Below, piece after piece: positions 1-11,900 of a stretch of DNA of 64,000 nucleotides. Below the pieces are notes generated by a model. The model searched no databases, was not told where the DNA came from, and saw nothing but the letters and a program-made list of their open reading frames with translations. Source of the stretch: Oikopleura dioica. Its lineage: Eukaryota; Animalia; Chordata. The position numbers were made by a program, and so were the translations under genes. How positions within the stretch are numbered: the first letter of the stretch is position 1; every line of letters begins with the position of its first letter. The DNA is taken from contig OU015569.1 in assembly GCA_907165135.1 (NCBI GenBank), positions 10,540,001 through 10,604,000 on the forward strand, in the 5' to 3' direction.

Positions 1-371
1 AGCGCTTACTACGAGCACTTTTACCCAAAGCTAGAGGCTTGGAAACACTTTATTCCGCTCAAAAGAGACTTGTCCGACATCGTCGAGAAGATCCAATGGG
101 CGAAAGAAAACGACGCCGAAGTAGCTGAAATAGCAAGAGCTGCTCATCGAGTTGTAGAGAAAGAAACTGAACCGGTTAGGGTTCTTTGGAGCTGGATATC
201 GCTGCTCAAGGTAAACTCGAAAACTTTAGAATTGCACTAGAACGTTTTGTTTAGCGCATTTCGGAGAAAATGACAGGAGAGGTCGAAATAAACGACGAAA
301 TGGAAGAAGTGCAGATCCCAGTATCTCATAGACCCTGCTCCTGTAGTAGTAGACAACACAACGAACTGTAA
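1..371 (+). CDS. POGLUT2: Protein O-glucosyltransferase 2/3 (KDELC-like), 3' end only
   Basis: Frame reads [40 protein letters not shown], then a GT-AG intron (~211-253), and ends [12 protein letters not shown] with an ER-retention-like HNEL. Matches the KDELC1/2 C-terminus as recalled. Confidence 0.85.
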
Positions 372-559
372 CTAGTAGAAGAACTGTCTACTAGAACTAA
401 AACTAGTGTAGTACTAATTCTTATAGCTTCTGACAATTTCTGTAAGGTTACTGACTGTGCCTCTCTGTGATAAACACTGTATTGAATTAAGTCTATTTTC
501 TTCATCAAATGGCAATTTTGTGATTCTACTTCTCGATTCTAGCGCTGATTTCTTTCAGA

Positions 560-1460
560 ATGAAAGTTGAGGATTTGCTGAAGAATAATGATAAGAAAGA
601 TATTGGAATTATTGTGCCAGATGATTGGCAATCCGTCAGCTACGACTGCGATCAGTTCGCTCTCCCCAATCATTACAAGAAGGTGAGCCACAGCCATTGA
701 GAGTTTCATCTAGTGAAATTTTGAATTGCAGTATCTCGATCGAGTAATCTTGCCGCGAGGACTCGTCCTTGATCGAACGGAAAAGCTTGGTAAGAAAAAG
801 AAAATCTAAACAGAACCTGATCTCGCTTCTAGTTCTGGATTTGTTTCACAGTCTCGACAGATCTGTGCCCGTCGTTGCTTTGTGCGTGCTCAAGGGTGGC
901 TTCCAGTACTTTGCGGATGTGTGCGACAATTTGAAGCGACACGCAGCGGCTCACTACCCAGAGGCGATTCAGTTCAACATGGATTTTATCCGACTCAAGT
1001 CCTACGAAGGTAGCTTTAAAGGCAAAACAGTCACTTATTTATCCATTTTACAGATGACCGTGCGAATGAGGAAGTGCAAGTAATTGGCGGTGACAACTTG
1101 GAGCATCTTCGTGGGAAGCAGGTGATCGTCGTTGAGGATATTGTCGACACTGGCAATACCATCCGAAAGCTGATGAATGTTCTTGCCAAGTATGATCCAA
1201 AGAGCGTCAAAGGTACCCCCTCTATCGTTGAAATGCGAGTTTATTCGATGATTCTAGTGGTGACGATGCTTTCAAAGCGAACGCCGCTGAATACCAGTGG
1301 CTATGTGGCTGACTTCTCGGCCTTCTCGATTCCCGTCTTTTTCGCTGTTGGATACGCCCTAGACTACAACGAGTACTTTAGAGATTTGAACCACGTCTGT
1401 GTGCTAAACGAAGAAGGCATCGAAAAATTCTCTGCCAAGAATCTTCCTACTCTTTCTTAA
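560..1460 (+). CDS. HPRT1: Hypoxanthine-guanine phosphoribosyltransferase
   Basis: Spliced exons give VLKGGFQYF, DFIRLKSY, the PRPP-binding motif VIVVEDIVDTG and FAVGYALDYNEYFRDL. Short GT-AG introns. Start after acceptor TTTCAG|AATG; an upstream ATG at ~509 is an alternative. Confidence 0.95.
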
Positions 1461-1726
1461 CATTTAAGTTCAAGCATCCAGACAATCCAGTGCATCTAGA
1501 CTCATTTTTATTCAAATAATTCTAGGTTAAAGTTAATATTTAATAAAAAAAAACTCATAAATGTGTCAACTCATAACTAAATATCTCATCCTGTCCAACT
1601 CAACAACAAACAGTAACTTACGCTCTTACTTAACTAAAAACACACCCAAAACTCACCAATTAACTTGTGCTTCGTTAGATTTGGGATAAGTCGTTGTCGT
1701 CTTCAAATACAAAATCAGAAAAAACA

Positions 1727-3493
1727 TGTCTGTGCCTGCCCTTGTGGATGAACTGCGCCAGATGTGCAAGAGCAGGCAGATAGAGGAATTTTGGAAAAGA
1801 TGCGGAGAGTTGAGCGCGATTTGGACAGAGGAGGGGAAAAGACCAGCTTCAGATCAAGTACGCTTCGTATTAATAATCGTTTTTGTAAAAAACTTTTAGG
1901 CTATTCACTCAGTTATCGGCCAGTTGGACTCGATCCTCGCTGAGAACAATGCAGACAACAGTTACTGCCTTGTAAGCCTGGCGATATTGATGATCAGAAG
2001 TAACCTCGAAAAAGATATAAAAGAAAAAGGCGATCATGAGAGGCAATTGCAATCCTGCGAGTTTTACCTAAACCAAATTGAATCATTTATCAACGGAAGT
2101 GCACAACTCGAAGGTTTTTCCCCTCCACTGAATCGACGAAAAGTAAGTTTACATCGTCGTTCTTGATTTCAAACGGATTTACAAGGCGATGGTGTCCAAT
2201 CTCAGCCTCTTACTGGAGCAAATCCGCGATCTTCTCTTCCTCAACATTGATAGGTCTCTGGAACTTGTTGAAAGAGCCCTAGAGTGGGCCCAGACGAACG
2301 CTAGCGAGATTACTCCCTTTCACACCCATCTCTGCGTCCTTTCACTCAAGGTACATTACTCGCAAGCAACTCGATAAACATAGATGATTAAGGGCGGCCG
2401 GTGGAGCGTGATCCTTCCACATCTTAAACACAGCCTCTTTGAAATCAGCGAAGGTTTCTCGAAACCAGAATCATTCATTTTATTCTTCTACTACGGCGCT
2501 ATCATATTCGGCGTGAACAGGCAATGGAAATCGATGGAACAGTACCTTATCAATGCGTTCGCCTGTCCGTTTAACCAACACAGCCACATCCTTATAGACG
2601 CTTTTAAAAAGTAACTGCAAAAGAATTCTCATCAACTAATGTCTTTCTAGGTACCTCCTTGTCGGATTAATTCTCAACCGAAAAGAAGACAAATTTGCCA
2701 CTTACATGCACAAAACACGAGCCCAGAACTCTCTTTTCGCGGAAAAGCAGCCCAAGCCAATGCGAAAAAAAGACCGACGTCGACCTAGCCACCAGCCGGC
2801 AGACGTTCTCTGCGCTGAATCACTTGAACAAGCGAATCGAATCAATCGCATTTGGCCGTACAATTACTTCGTCAAAGAATGCAGAAAAGACAACGAGCGA
2901 GAAGTGATGCAAAAGATGAAAAACGTATTTGAAGCGGATGGGAATCTTGGATTAGCAGAAGTGGCAGTTCAGACGCTTCAAGAAAGACGAGTGAAGAACT
3001 TGGCTGGCTTTTATGTTACAATTCCGCTTTCGAAAATCTACGGATACATTAATCTAGAATCAAATGAACAAACGAAAAATCTTATAGGAAAGGTTCATTT
3101 CATAAACGAAAGAGCTGTCTTTTCAGAAAACGGCTCCTTGATACTCTTCCTTTATTTCACTGAATCAAAAAATGAACCGATCAAAAAGAGCGTATGATAA
3201 GGGAAAACGAGCTGAAAGCCCGGCTTGATGGCGAGAATATTCATTTCTTCGAGCGCGACAAGAAAGAAGAACAGAAAGAGATGTTCGCCCGAATCTCCGA
3301 AAACTCACCCGTCCTATTGGATTTGAAAGAACGGCTTGACTCGCTGATGAACGAAAAGGAGCTTGACCCGTCGTATATCCAGGCGAAGATGAGCTATCAA
3401 GAGAGGGAGAGTGACTCGACTGCGAAGCCCTACACCTCGCCTGCTTTCAAAGAAATACTGAAAAAGCACCAAGAGCAAAAAGAAAAGTTATGA
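1727..3493 (+). CDS. COPS3: COP9 signalosome subunit 3 (PCI domain)
   Basis: YYGAIIFGVNRQW...AFACP...SHILIDAFKK|YLLVGLIL and the PCI segment VQTLQERRVKNLAGFYVTIPLSKI match CSN3. Multiple mini-introns, one of 33 nt at ~2351-2383. Confidence 0.85.
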
Positions 3494-3760
3494 AAGTTCA
3501 AACTTCTTCACCCTTCACTTGTTGAACCTGCCCTGATTACCTGTATTATTGTACAGATATAAATAAAGAACAGTAATTCAGACCAAAGCAACTATTTTCA
3601 TTTTTCATTCCTTTCGCTTTCAATGAAAAACGATTTGTCTCATTTATTCGCATAAGCGTAAATCGGCATATAAAAAAGCATCATTTCCAGAGCAGTTTCT
3701 GTTTCGGCCTAACCAGTGAGTCTGAAATTCGCCCGGGGCGCTGTTCTTGTTTTCGCACCG

Positions 3761-3772
3761 CTGATTGGTCAG
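3761..3772. promoter_or_regulatory. CCAAT (NF-Y-type) box CTGATTGGTCAG upstream of the OB-fold gene
   Basis: An ATTGG core lies ~60 nt upstream of the ATG at 3830. The identical 12-mer recurs at 63451-63462. Function is inferred. Confidence 0.4.
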
Positions 3773-3829
3773 AACTGGCCTGAGCGCGTGAACATTTTTT
3801 CTTTTGTGTCAATTTTAGAAAGAGAAGAG

Positions 3830-5756
3830 ATGGTCGTTCGACAGTTCTGGAAATCGGAAACCTGTCCAGTTTTGACTCTTTCGGAAGCGATAAAAATGAG
3901 TGACGATTAGGGCTCTAGAATTTTCGCTTTGTAAATATTTGCTCAAGAAGGATTTTCTTCTTGAATTTAGAATAAATCAAGAGTCCTTCGAAGACAGAGG
4001 CTGCAGTAATGTGCAGTGCAATCTCATCGCAGTCGTCGGAAACGTCACTGGTCCGAACCACAAAAACAAAACCGGATTCAAAGTCGAGTAAGTCAAAGTT
4101 AGATTTCTAACCCATTCATCTTCTTTCTCTAGCGTTGAGCTTTTCGACCGACTGCCAAATGGCGAGATCATCAAGGGCGCGATTAACTTCTGGTCGAACG
4201 TTGAAGATAAAGCTTGTTCCTGGCTGTCTCCAGCAGTCAAGGGTGGCGATATCGTTGTTCTCATTGGAGTGTCGGTGCAAATTATCGGCACGAGAATGGG
4301 CCCATTCGGCAAAATTCAATACTTCGGTAAGCAAGAAAGCCAGACCGTCAGAGAGACAATTACTAAATTAAGGTTCGAACAGACGACGACATGTGTTGGT
4401 CTACCCGATGGAGAATCTCATGACAAAAGATGCCACCGCTTTCAAGCTTGGCTCCGCGACGATCTTTGATCCCCATCATCCCGTTTTAAATTTCAGAAAC
4501 TTTGCGAGAGAAGAAAAATTTGAGAGTGAGATTTCCAGCCGATTGGAGAAACTTGTGAAGACGCATGGAGAACAAATGAGATCAGCGAGGAAGAAATTCG
4601 TAGTCGGAATCGTGGAAGAAGTCATCTACAAAAAGGCAAGTTCACTTTTGGTATCAAGGAAAAGGAAACTCTATTTCTAGGATGAATTGAACGTTCCATG
4701 TCTTATCCGCATCAAGACGAAGGACTTGACCTCGAAAATCTTCAAAAAAGATGCACCGGAAACTATCAACCATTTCGAGCAAGAAATTTGGGCGGCGAAG
4801 ATGCAAGAATCCCTCCGCAAACGAAACTGTCGAGTGGAAACTTCAGCTTCGAAGAAGACCAAGATGATAACTGGGCAAATCTTTTACGTGACTTTGTCGG
4901 ATTTGGCAAAAGAAGCGATTCCAGCTCTGAAAGGTAACTTTTGGAGCGATCGAAGATTGATCAAGTTTTTTAAGAAAAGCTGAAGCCTGACAATTGCATC
5001 ATCCTCAACCGCGATCGCATCGAGGCGATGGCTGGCGGAAACATGATCGAGTACAAGATGCGATGGGATAACTACTCCTTTCCGGAGGGAGCAATTCAAA
5101 CAGCTGCCCTCAACGAAATTTCTTTCACTGCTGGTTAGATTTCCAGTCTTCCTGAAAAGCAAAATAGATAACTCCACAAATTTCACTGTCAAACATTTTC
5201 CTGCACTTATCATCACTGTCAAAAACTGTAATACACATTTTTAATGATAATTCAATGTTCCCCGAAGTTATTCTACGCTAAGAACTTTGAATTTGTAGCT
5301 TTTTGGAAGGCAATTATTTATGTATGCAATTGGTTTTTGTTCGCGAGAAAAAGCTGTAACCTTTAGCAGGATGTTTTGCATGTTCATTGAAGATCGTTTA
5401 TTTTGGGACAAGAACTCAATTTCGATCATGCAAGCATTCGAAAGCAATTGATCAGAATTATTTATTCTCCGACAAATATAAGCAGCATCACTTCGATTGA
5501 AACCGTCGAATTGAACCTTATCTCAGTCTTTGATCATGAATTTTTTTATCTTTTTGAGCTTTGCAGTCACCGCCCAAGCTTTCACGGGTTAGTACTGATT
5601 GAATACAGAGATGGAGACTCCTATCCTTAACAAGCCCAAACGCTGTCATAAACAACTTATCCCCCTTTAGCGAGCAAAGAAGACGCTGAGCTGATGAGCT
5701 TTCTTGAGCAAATGGACGCTCAGATCAAAGAAGATTCCTTTGGATTTTTTCGATAA
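3830..5756 (+). CDS. Uncharacterised multi-exon protein with a probable N-terminal OB-fold (POT1/SHLD2/RADX-like pattern)
   Basis: Spliced frame CNLIAVVGNVTGP..GFKVE|VELFDRL...INFW...SWLSPAVKGGDIVVLIGVSVQ. Further exons run to EDSFGFFR*. Internal exon boundaries are uncertain. Confidence 0.55.
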
Positions 5757-6185
5757 CAAAAATATAAAAGATTGCTTCGATGATGTTTGATGAATAAAAA
5801 GAAACCAAAAACATGTTGAATTGTCAATAGCAACATACCTATATAAACGCTATTTGTAATAACATTTTTCTACATCTGTCTCGATCCAAATTGGCAGAGG
5901 AACTCGAGATTGATAGACACGTGTCCCAAAGGTTGAATTTGAATTCGTTGAACGACTCATTAGAGATATGCTTATGCAAATGACGATTCACGTTGAGCAA
6001 CCGCAGAAGACATCGTTTGAGCATAATCTTCCGAACAGGGGTTGAATAAGTTCCATTAAGATTCACTTGTCAAGGTCATCTTTCTTTTTCTTTTGAAAAC
6101 AAATCTTTTAGCTAAATAAAACTCATTTTTATTAAAGAAATTTGTAGGATTTGCAGAAGGTTTTTTTGTGAATCCAGAAGGGATC

Positions 6186-6843
6186 TTAGTGAAGCTGATG
6201 CCAATTCTGAGCGAGCATACAGCACGGCAGATACCAGTAGGTGCAGTAATCCCCGCAGAAGCTAACCTGCTGGATGTTGTATCGCTCACGAATCTGCCAT
6301 CGCTGAGCCATAACGAAACAGAAACCAGCCTGAATACCGCACCAAAATCCCAAACACCAGTGATCGCAGTAGTTGTGTCCAAGCTTCTCGCCGATTTCTC
6401 CGAAAATGCAAGGAGTGCAGCTAATAATTACTCTCACCAAGAATCAATTGAGCTATTCTTACCACCAAGCATACCAGCACATCTTGTCACAGCAAAGGTC
6501 GCATACATTCGGGTACTTCCAGCTGCCTTTAGATTGCTCTTGAAGCACCATTGGAGCGGTTACAATTGGCGCGGCCATCATCGGTGTCACCATCGGTTGA
6601 ACAATACTCATTCGTGGTTGCTTTTGACGGATTTTTTTATAGCTCATGTATAAGAGAAAACCCTAATTCTCAAAAATATTCCCGTTCCTCATGATAGCCA
6701 TGCTGGAGGGCAACAGGTTGAGTTTGAATAACTGGTTGTTGCATCGGCGCTGGCGCGACTTGATTCACCTGCACCGGAGCTGAAGGTGGGGGAGCATAAG
6801 TTGGAGGTTCTTTCTCCAATTCTTCGGTTTTGCCAAGATCCAT
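6186..6843 (-). CDS. PLAC8/cornifelin family Cys-rich protein
   Basis: P/Q-rich N-terminus (MDLGKTEELEKEPPTYAPPP), then WKYPNVCDLCCDKMCWYAWW|CTPCIFGEIGEKLG...RWQIRERYNI...CGDYCTYWYLPCCMLAQ, a typical PLAC8 motif. Confidence 0.85.
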
Positions 6844-7513
6844 TTTTGAAAATTTCCTGTCTCTTGAGCGCGTTGAGATTTCAAACTGCGATTTTTTAGA
6901 GTCCCATGTCTGCCTGTAGCGTTAGACTAGCACAAGAGGCTATTCTTTTGAGGAATAAAGATGAAATAAAATTATATAGCAGAAAACGTAACTGTGGGAA
7001 ACTCATTCCCGAGGAATTTTATAAGCTCAGTTCTTTTTGAGCATTCCAATCATTTTAAAATTTGATAACACAATTTTGAATTAGAGAGAAATTAAAATGA
7101 TGAAACTCACAACTAACACCACCATATTATGCTCTTATAAAAGCGGAAGGGACCTTCTAAAGTTGAAAATGATAATTCGCTGTCAATTCTGCAACGTCAT
7201 AAATTTGCATTTCTGATGGACGCTAAAAATCAGCGTTGAACTCTAAATTTATCCATTCGCGTAAATAATGGAGCAACTTGTGGCTCATCAATCAAGTTTG
7301 TTTACTCGCCATTGCAAAAGACTTAGTGGCGTTTTGGCATTAGGCCGTATTGATTGATCGCTCCGTAAAATCGGCAGAAAAATTAAAAAAAAAGAAAAAC
7401 GCGCAAAAATCGGCGCACGCGAGCACCTTCTCAACCCTCTGCGCCGAGCGGAAGAAATTCCAAGATTTAAAAAAATATTAATTAAAAAAAAATAAGAATT
7501 TAAAAAAAGAAGG

Positions 7514-8692
7514 ATGAAAAGTTCAATATTCTATTTACTTTATTTCGGACGCAACTTTGGGGATGGAAGACAGGTTAGAGACTACGACTTTGAAGATATT
7601 TCAGAGCAAGAAAAAGAGCAAGAACTGGAGGAGTTAGTTGATTCTTTTCAAATGAGGCTGAAATCTGCTGGAAATCCGCGAGAACAAATCATGAACAATA
7701 TGCTAGGTAGGTTGAGGGGGACGAGACAATGACCCGAAGTTAGAGTTCCTAACCCTTCAATGTGTTTCATTTCTTAAATTAATAAAAATGATGGTATCAT
7801 AATAGTAATAACTTATCCAAGCGTACTCATTACGAAGCAGGGGACTGCTCGAACTTGTTTCTGTGACAGATCTAACAAACTACGGCTGCTGGTGCACAAA
7901 AGTTCCCATTGATCGGCACGGTCCTCCTCTCGATGATATAGATCACGCTTGCCGTAGTAGACATTACTGCGAAAAGAAAGGGTTCTTGATTAAAAAACGT
8001 TTAAGATTTCAAGATTTTTTATGCGGTTTTCTGATGACAGGATTTCCTATAATTAGTTTCTAATTTTTCGCCTTTTGAATCTGACCAGTGCGTGACATTA
8101 GATTCCGCCTCTAATTCCTGTGACCCGGAAGCAACATATTCGGTAACAATCGACGCCAAAAACAAAACACTTAGTTGTGAGCACAAGGACAATGATCAAC
8201 AATGCGCCAAGAAATTCTGCGAGGTGAGAAAAAATTAATTTCAATGGATAAGAAATGATTTATATTTAAAAAAGTGTGACTTGGATTACGTCAAAAATGT
8301 GGTCCAACACGTCGCTGATGAGAAATTTTATCCATTCTACTCGCGAAACGTTCTTGATTTTCAACGATTTTGCTCAAACAAGGAAAGAAACTTTTGGGGC
8401 GATTATGGGGACTACTCAGGGAATAAAGGAAAGTCTCAATTTTAGATGATTTCGTCAAACATTCTCTGATCTCTCGAGAACTCCTAAAGATAATTCAATC
8501 GTGGACGCGTTTTCTATGACCATCGGCAGAATGAAATCGCCGGAAACAACGCTAGAACAATGCTGCGGTGTCCATCCAAACCGATTTCCTTTCCAAGTGG
8601 CCGGAAATAGATCTTGTTGCGGTTCGAAGACATACGATCCAGAAGTGTTTGACTGCTGCCAAGACGAAATCAAAGCTATTGGAGAGTGCTGA
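7514..8692 (+). CDS. Secreted phospholipase A2-like protein with altered catalytic residues and a C-terminal Cys-rich module
   Basis: Signal-like N-terminus, LTNYGCWC Ca-loop, GPPLDDIDHAC, KKFCECD, and a C-terminal CCGVHPNRFPF...CCGSKTYDPEVFDCC module. Confidence 0.8.
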
Positions 8693-8902
8693 GCTGCAAA
8701 TCTGACTGTAAATAAAAGTATAATCAGTAATTTTTTGTTTATTTTTTGATCATTTGATAAGGTCATTTATTGTCATTTCCCCATGCGAAAATAGCTGCGA
8801 GGGTCAAATAGTCCAGGAAGAGGCATGAACGGTGTATAAAAAGAAAGAACTGATTAATTTTTTTTAAAGAGGTATCAAAGATATAAAACATGAAAACGGT
8901 GG

Positions 8903-11900
8903 CTAAAACAAAAGAACAGCAGCTAGAATAGTGACAATCGAGGCCATGAACTTCGATTCGCTGGAATTAACTTCTTCAACTGTAGGAGCTCCGTCGAGAA
9001 GGTCTGAATTTTCGGAAGCTTCTGTTGCGACTTCAGTGACCTTAATTGCCAGTGTTTTAATTTTTAGCGCTTGAGAATTCTATCTTACCGCTTGTTTAAT
9101 GGCGGCCTCGTCGGTAGAGTCGGACTCTCCCTCGATGTCGATATCAGCTTCAATATCATCTCCAGCTTGTCTGCGCTTTCGTCCAGAGACGACGACCTGG
9201 CGGAAACTACGGACAACAACGTTCGTGATTGTCATTGTTCGAACACCTAAGAATATAATGGATCTTAATAAATTTAAGTCGTCTTACTTGCAACGGCAGT
9301 GGAGCTCATGTAAGCAGCCCTAACCACAGCAGCTTGTGCTTCGAATAGTGCAGATGAAGTATCAGCGAGATCAGCGGACCAGGCGACAGAGAGGACGACT
9401 TTTTGAACCACAGAGACAGTGAAGGAAGTTCTAACAGTGAGTTCAACATACTGCACAACAGTAACAGAGCTAATGGTGGTAAAGGTTGCCAAAGTCGCCG
9501 AGACCTAAGAAGTAAAAATCAACCTGAAGGAAATTGATTATTACCTCAGTGATAACAGTTTCGACGCTCTCTGTGCTAGTAATACTTATGACGACGGAAC
9601 ATGTTGTGCTGACGAGATCAGTGGTAGTGAAAGAAATGGTTTCAATAAAGACAGACTCGTATGAAACAAAGTATGTCTCCACAAGGGCAACTGCTTCAAG
9701 GTATTCTGCCGATCCAGTGATGAGGAGGTTGTTGGTGAAAGTAATCTCAGTAAGAACAAAGCTGATCGATAAAGCAACTCGGGGAACTTCAACTGAACTG
9801 GTTGCTTTCTTGTTTTCAATCAAAAAATATTGAATAGAATACAAATGAATACAACGATTAAAAATACGCAATACTTTCCATGATAAATGCAGCCATTCCT
9901 GTAGCAATTTCTGTGGCAGTTTCTGTAGACGTAGTGGGCGTCGTAGTTGTCGTTGTTGTCGTAGTAGTCGTTGTTGTCGTAGTTGTCGTAGTTGTCGTTG
10001 TTGTCGTTGTTGTCGTTGTTGTCGTTGTTGTTGTTGTTGTAGTGGTAGTAGTAGTGGTAGTAGTAGAAGTAGTAGTGGTTGTCGTAGTTGTCGTTGTAGT
10101 TGTAGTAGTAGTCGTAGTTGTGGTAGTTGTGGTAGTAGTCGTAGTTGTCGTGGTTGTTGTTGTCGTTGTAGTAGTCGTAGTTGTCATAGTTGTTGTTGTT
10201 GTCGTAATTGTTGTTGTTGTCGTTGTTGTCGTTGTTGTGGTAGTAGTCGTAGTAGTCGTAGTTGTTGTTGTAGTCGTAGTAGTCGTAGTTGTTGTTGTTG
10301 TCGTAGTTGTCGTTGTTGTCGTAGTAGTCGTAGTAGTCGTAGTTGTTGTTGTAGTCGTAGTAGTCGTAGTTGTTGTTGTAGTCGTAGTAGTCGTAGTTGT
10401 TGTTGTAGTCGTAGTAGTCGTAGTTGTTGTTGTTGTTGTCGTTGTCGTAGTAGTCGTTGTTGTCGTAGTAGTAGTAGTAGTCGTAGTTGTTGTTGTAGTC
10501 GTAGTAGTCGTAGTTGTTGTTGTAGTCGTAGTAGTGGTGGTAGTAGTAGTTGTGGTGGTGGTGGTGGTAGTTGTTGTCTAAGAGGGGATACCGACATTTA
10601 ACAATAAAAGGGAGCTCCGGGTGAGTATTTAGAGATGAGAATTAATATGCGAGAGAATGACAGTGATAGAACGCGTTTCAGAGTGGGTATACGAAATCAA
10701 AGATTTGAGTAGAGTCAGTCAGAGTACAGCGATTGAGCATTATGGTTCCATCATGAGCATTATCATTATAACAACTGATTCAGTCGAGGTTCACCGTCGA
10801 CAAAGATCAATTTATCCACAAAACATGCTTTTTAGAGCTTGGATTCCAAGCTAAGGAGCATAAGTTCACATTCATATAAGTTTTCAGATAAATTTCGGGA
10901 CCCCTAGTCTCAATGTCGAGGATCTCAACTTCTACTTTGAGAGCTTCAATGAGGACATCAATTTCCATGTAAGATTCGAAAACAGCATCAACAGTGCAGA
11001 TAACGACTCCATCACGCTCAGAGAAGATCAAAGTTGAGAACTCATAGCTGAATCCGCCAATAAGAACGAGAACAGCGTCTTGTTCAACAAGGTAGAGGGC
11101 AGATGTGGCGTCTTCAAGGTCCGCGCTCCATTGAATATCCAGAGTGAAAACAAGCTCCAAAGAGTAAGTTTGGAGTTCTAAAGCAGTGGCAGCAACAGTT
11201 AGACCAGTAAACTCAGTCTCGAGCTGGGCAATCAAAGCAGCTTCTTCAAAAGCCGTGTAGAACTCCAGCGAGAAAGAACAAGAGACCACACTTCCAGTTT
11301 GAATAAATTCAAAGGAAATTATCTTGAACTCGTATGAGCTAAATCCGGCAAGAGCGATCGCCTGCTGTTCGAGATACAAGGAGCTTTCCAAGTCCAACAA
11401 GGCGACGTCCCAGGTGATGTCAAGATCGAAAGAAAGGTCGAGCGCAAAGAAGCTGAATTCAACCTCGACTGCAGTGATTCCAAGTTCAAGTTCAAGAGCA
11501 GCATCAAGGTCAGCTGAAGAAAACGCGGACTGGAATTCAAAGACTGCGTTGACGCTGGCAAATCCGCCGGATTCGACAAACTCGAAAGCAATGACGGTGA
11601 ATTTGAAGGCGGAGAATTGAAGCAAAAAGGCGTCATATTGTTGCACATAGAGGGCTGATCCGACAGTGAGGAGTTCCGCATTCCATGCGAAAGTAGTTGT
11701 CTGCGAGAAGCTCTTGGCGAAGACAGCGAGGACGGTTTCGGTGACGACGGCGCCAGGCACAGTTGCGACTACTTTTTCTGTGAGAGTTTCGACGCTCAAA
11801 GCAGTCTGGAACTCGAAGACGGTAAGGCACATAATACTTCCGTCGGCTTGAAGTTCGAAAACGAGAGAAACAATTTTGAAAGCGCCGAAAGAGGCAAAGT

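Larger units (their letters stand above)
1..3493 (+). other. Putative polycistronic run POGLUT2/3-HPRT-COPS3
   Basis: Co-oriented, with gaps of ~190 and ~266 nt and acceptor TTTCAG directly before the HPRT ATG. Confidence 0.45.

Noticed and set aside
5839-6066. 75-aa minus-strand ORF downstream of the PLAC8 gene
   Set aside because: Begins at a non-ATG codon, has no recognisable motif or clear splice context. It could still be a small gene.
9880-10597. 233-aa poly-Val ORF (+) and 137-aa Q/L/R ORF (-)
   Set aside because: Shadow frames of the ACN repeat. The Thr frame has a proper acceptor and joins the mucin gene.
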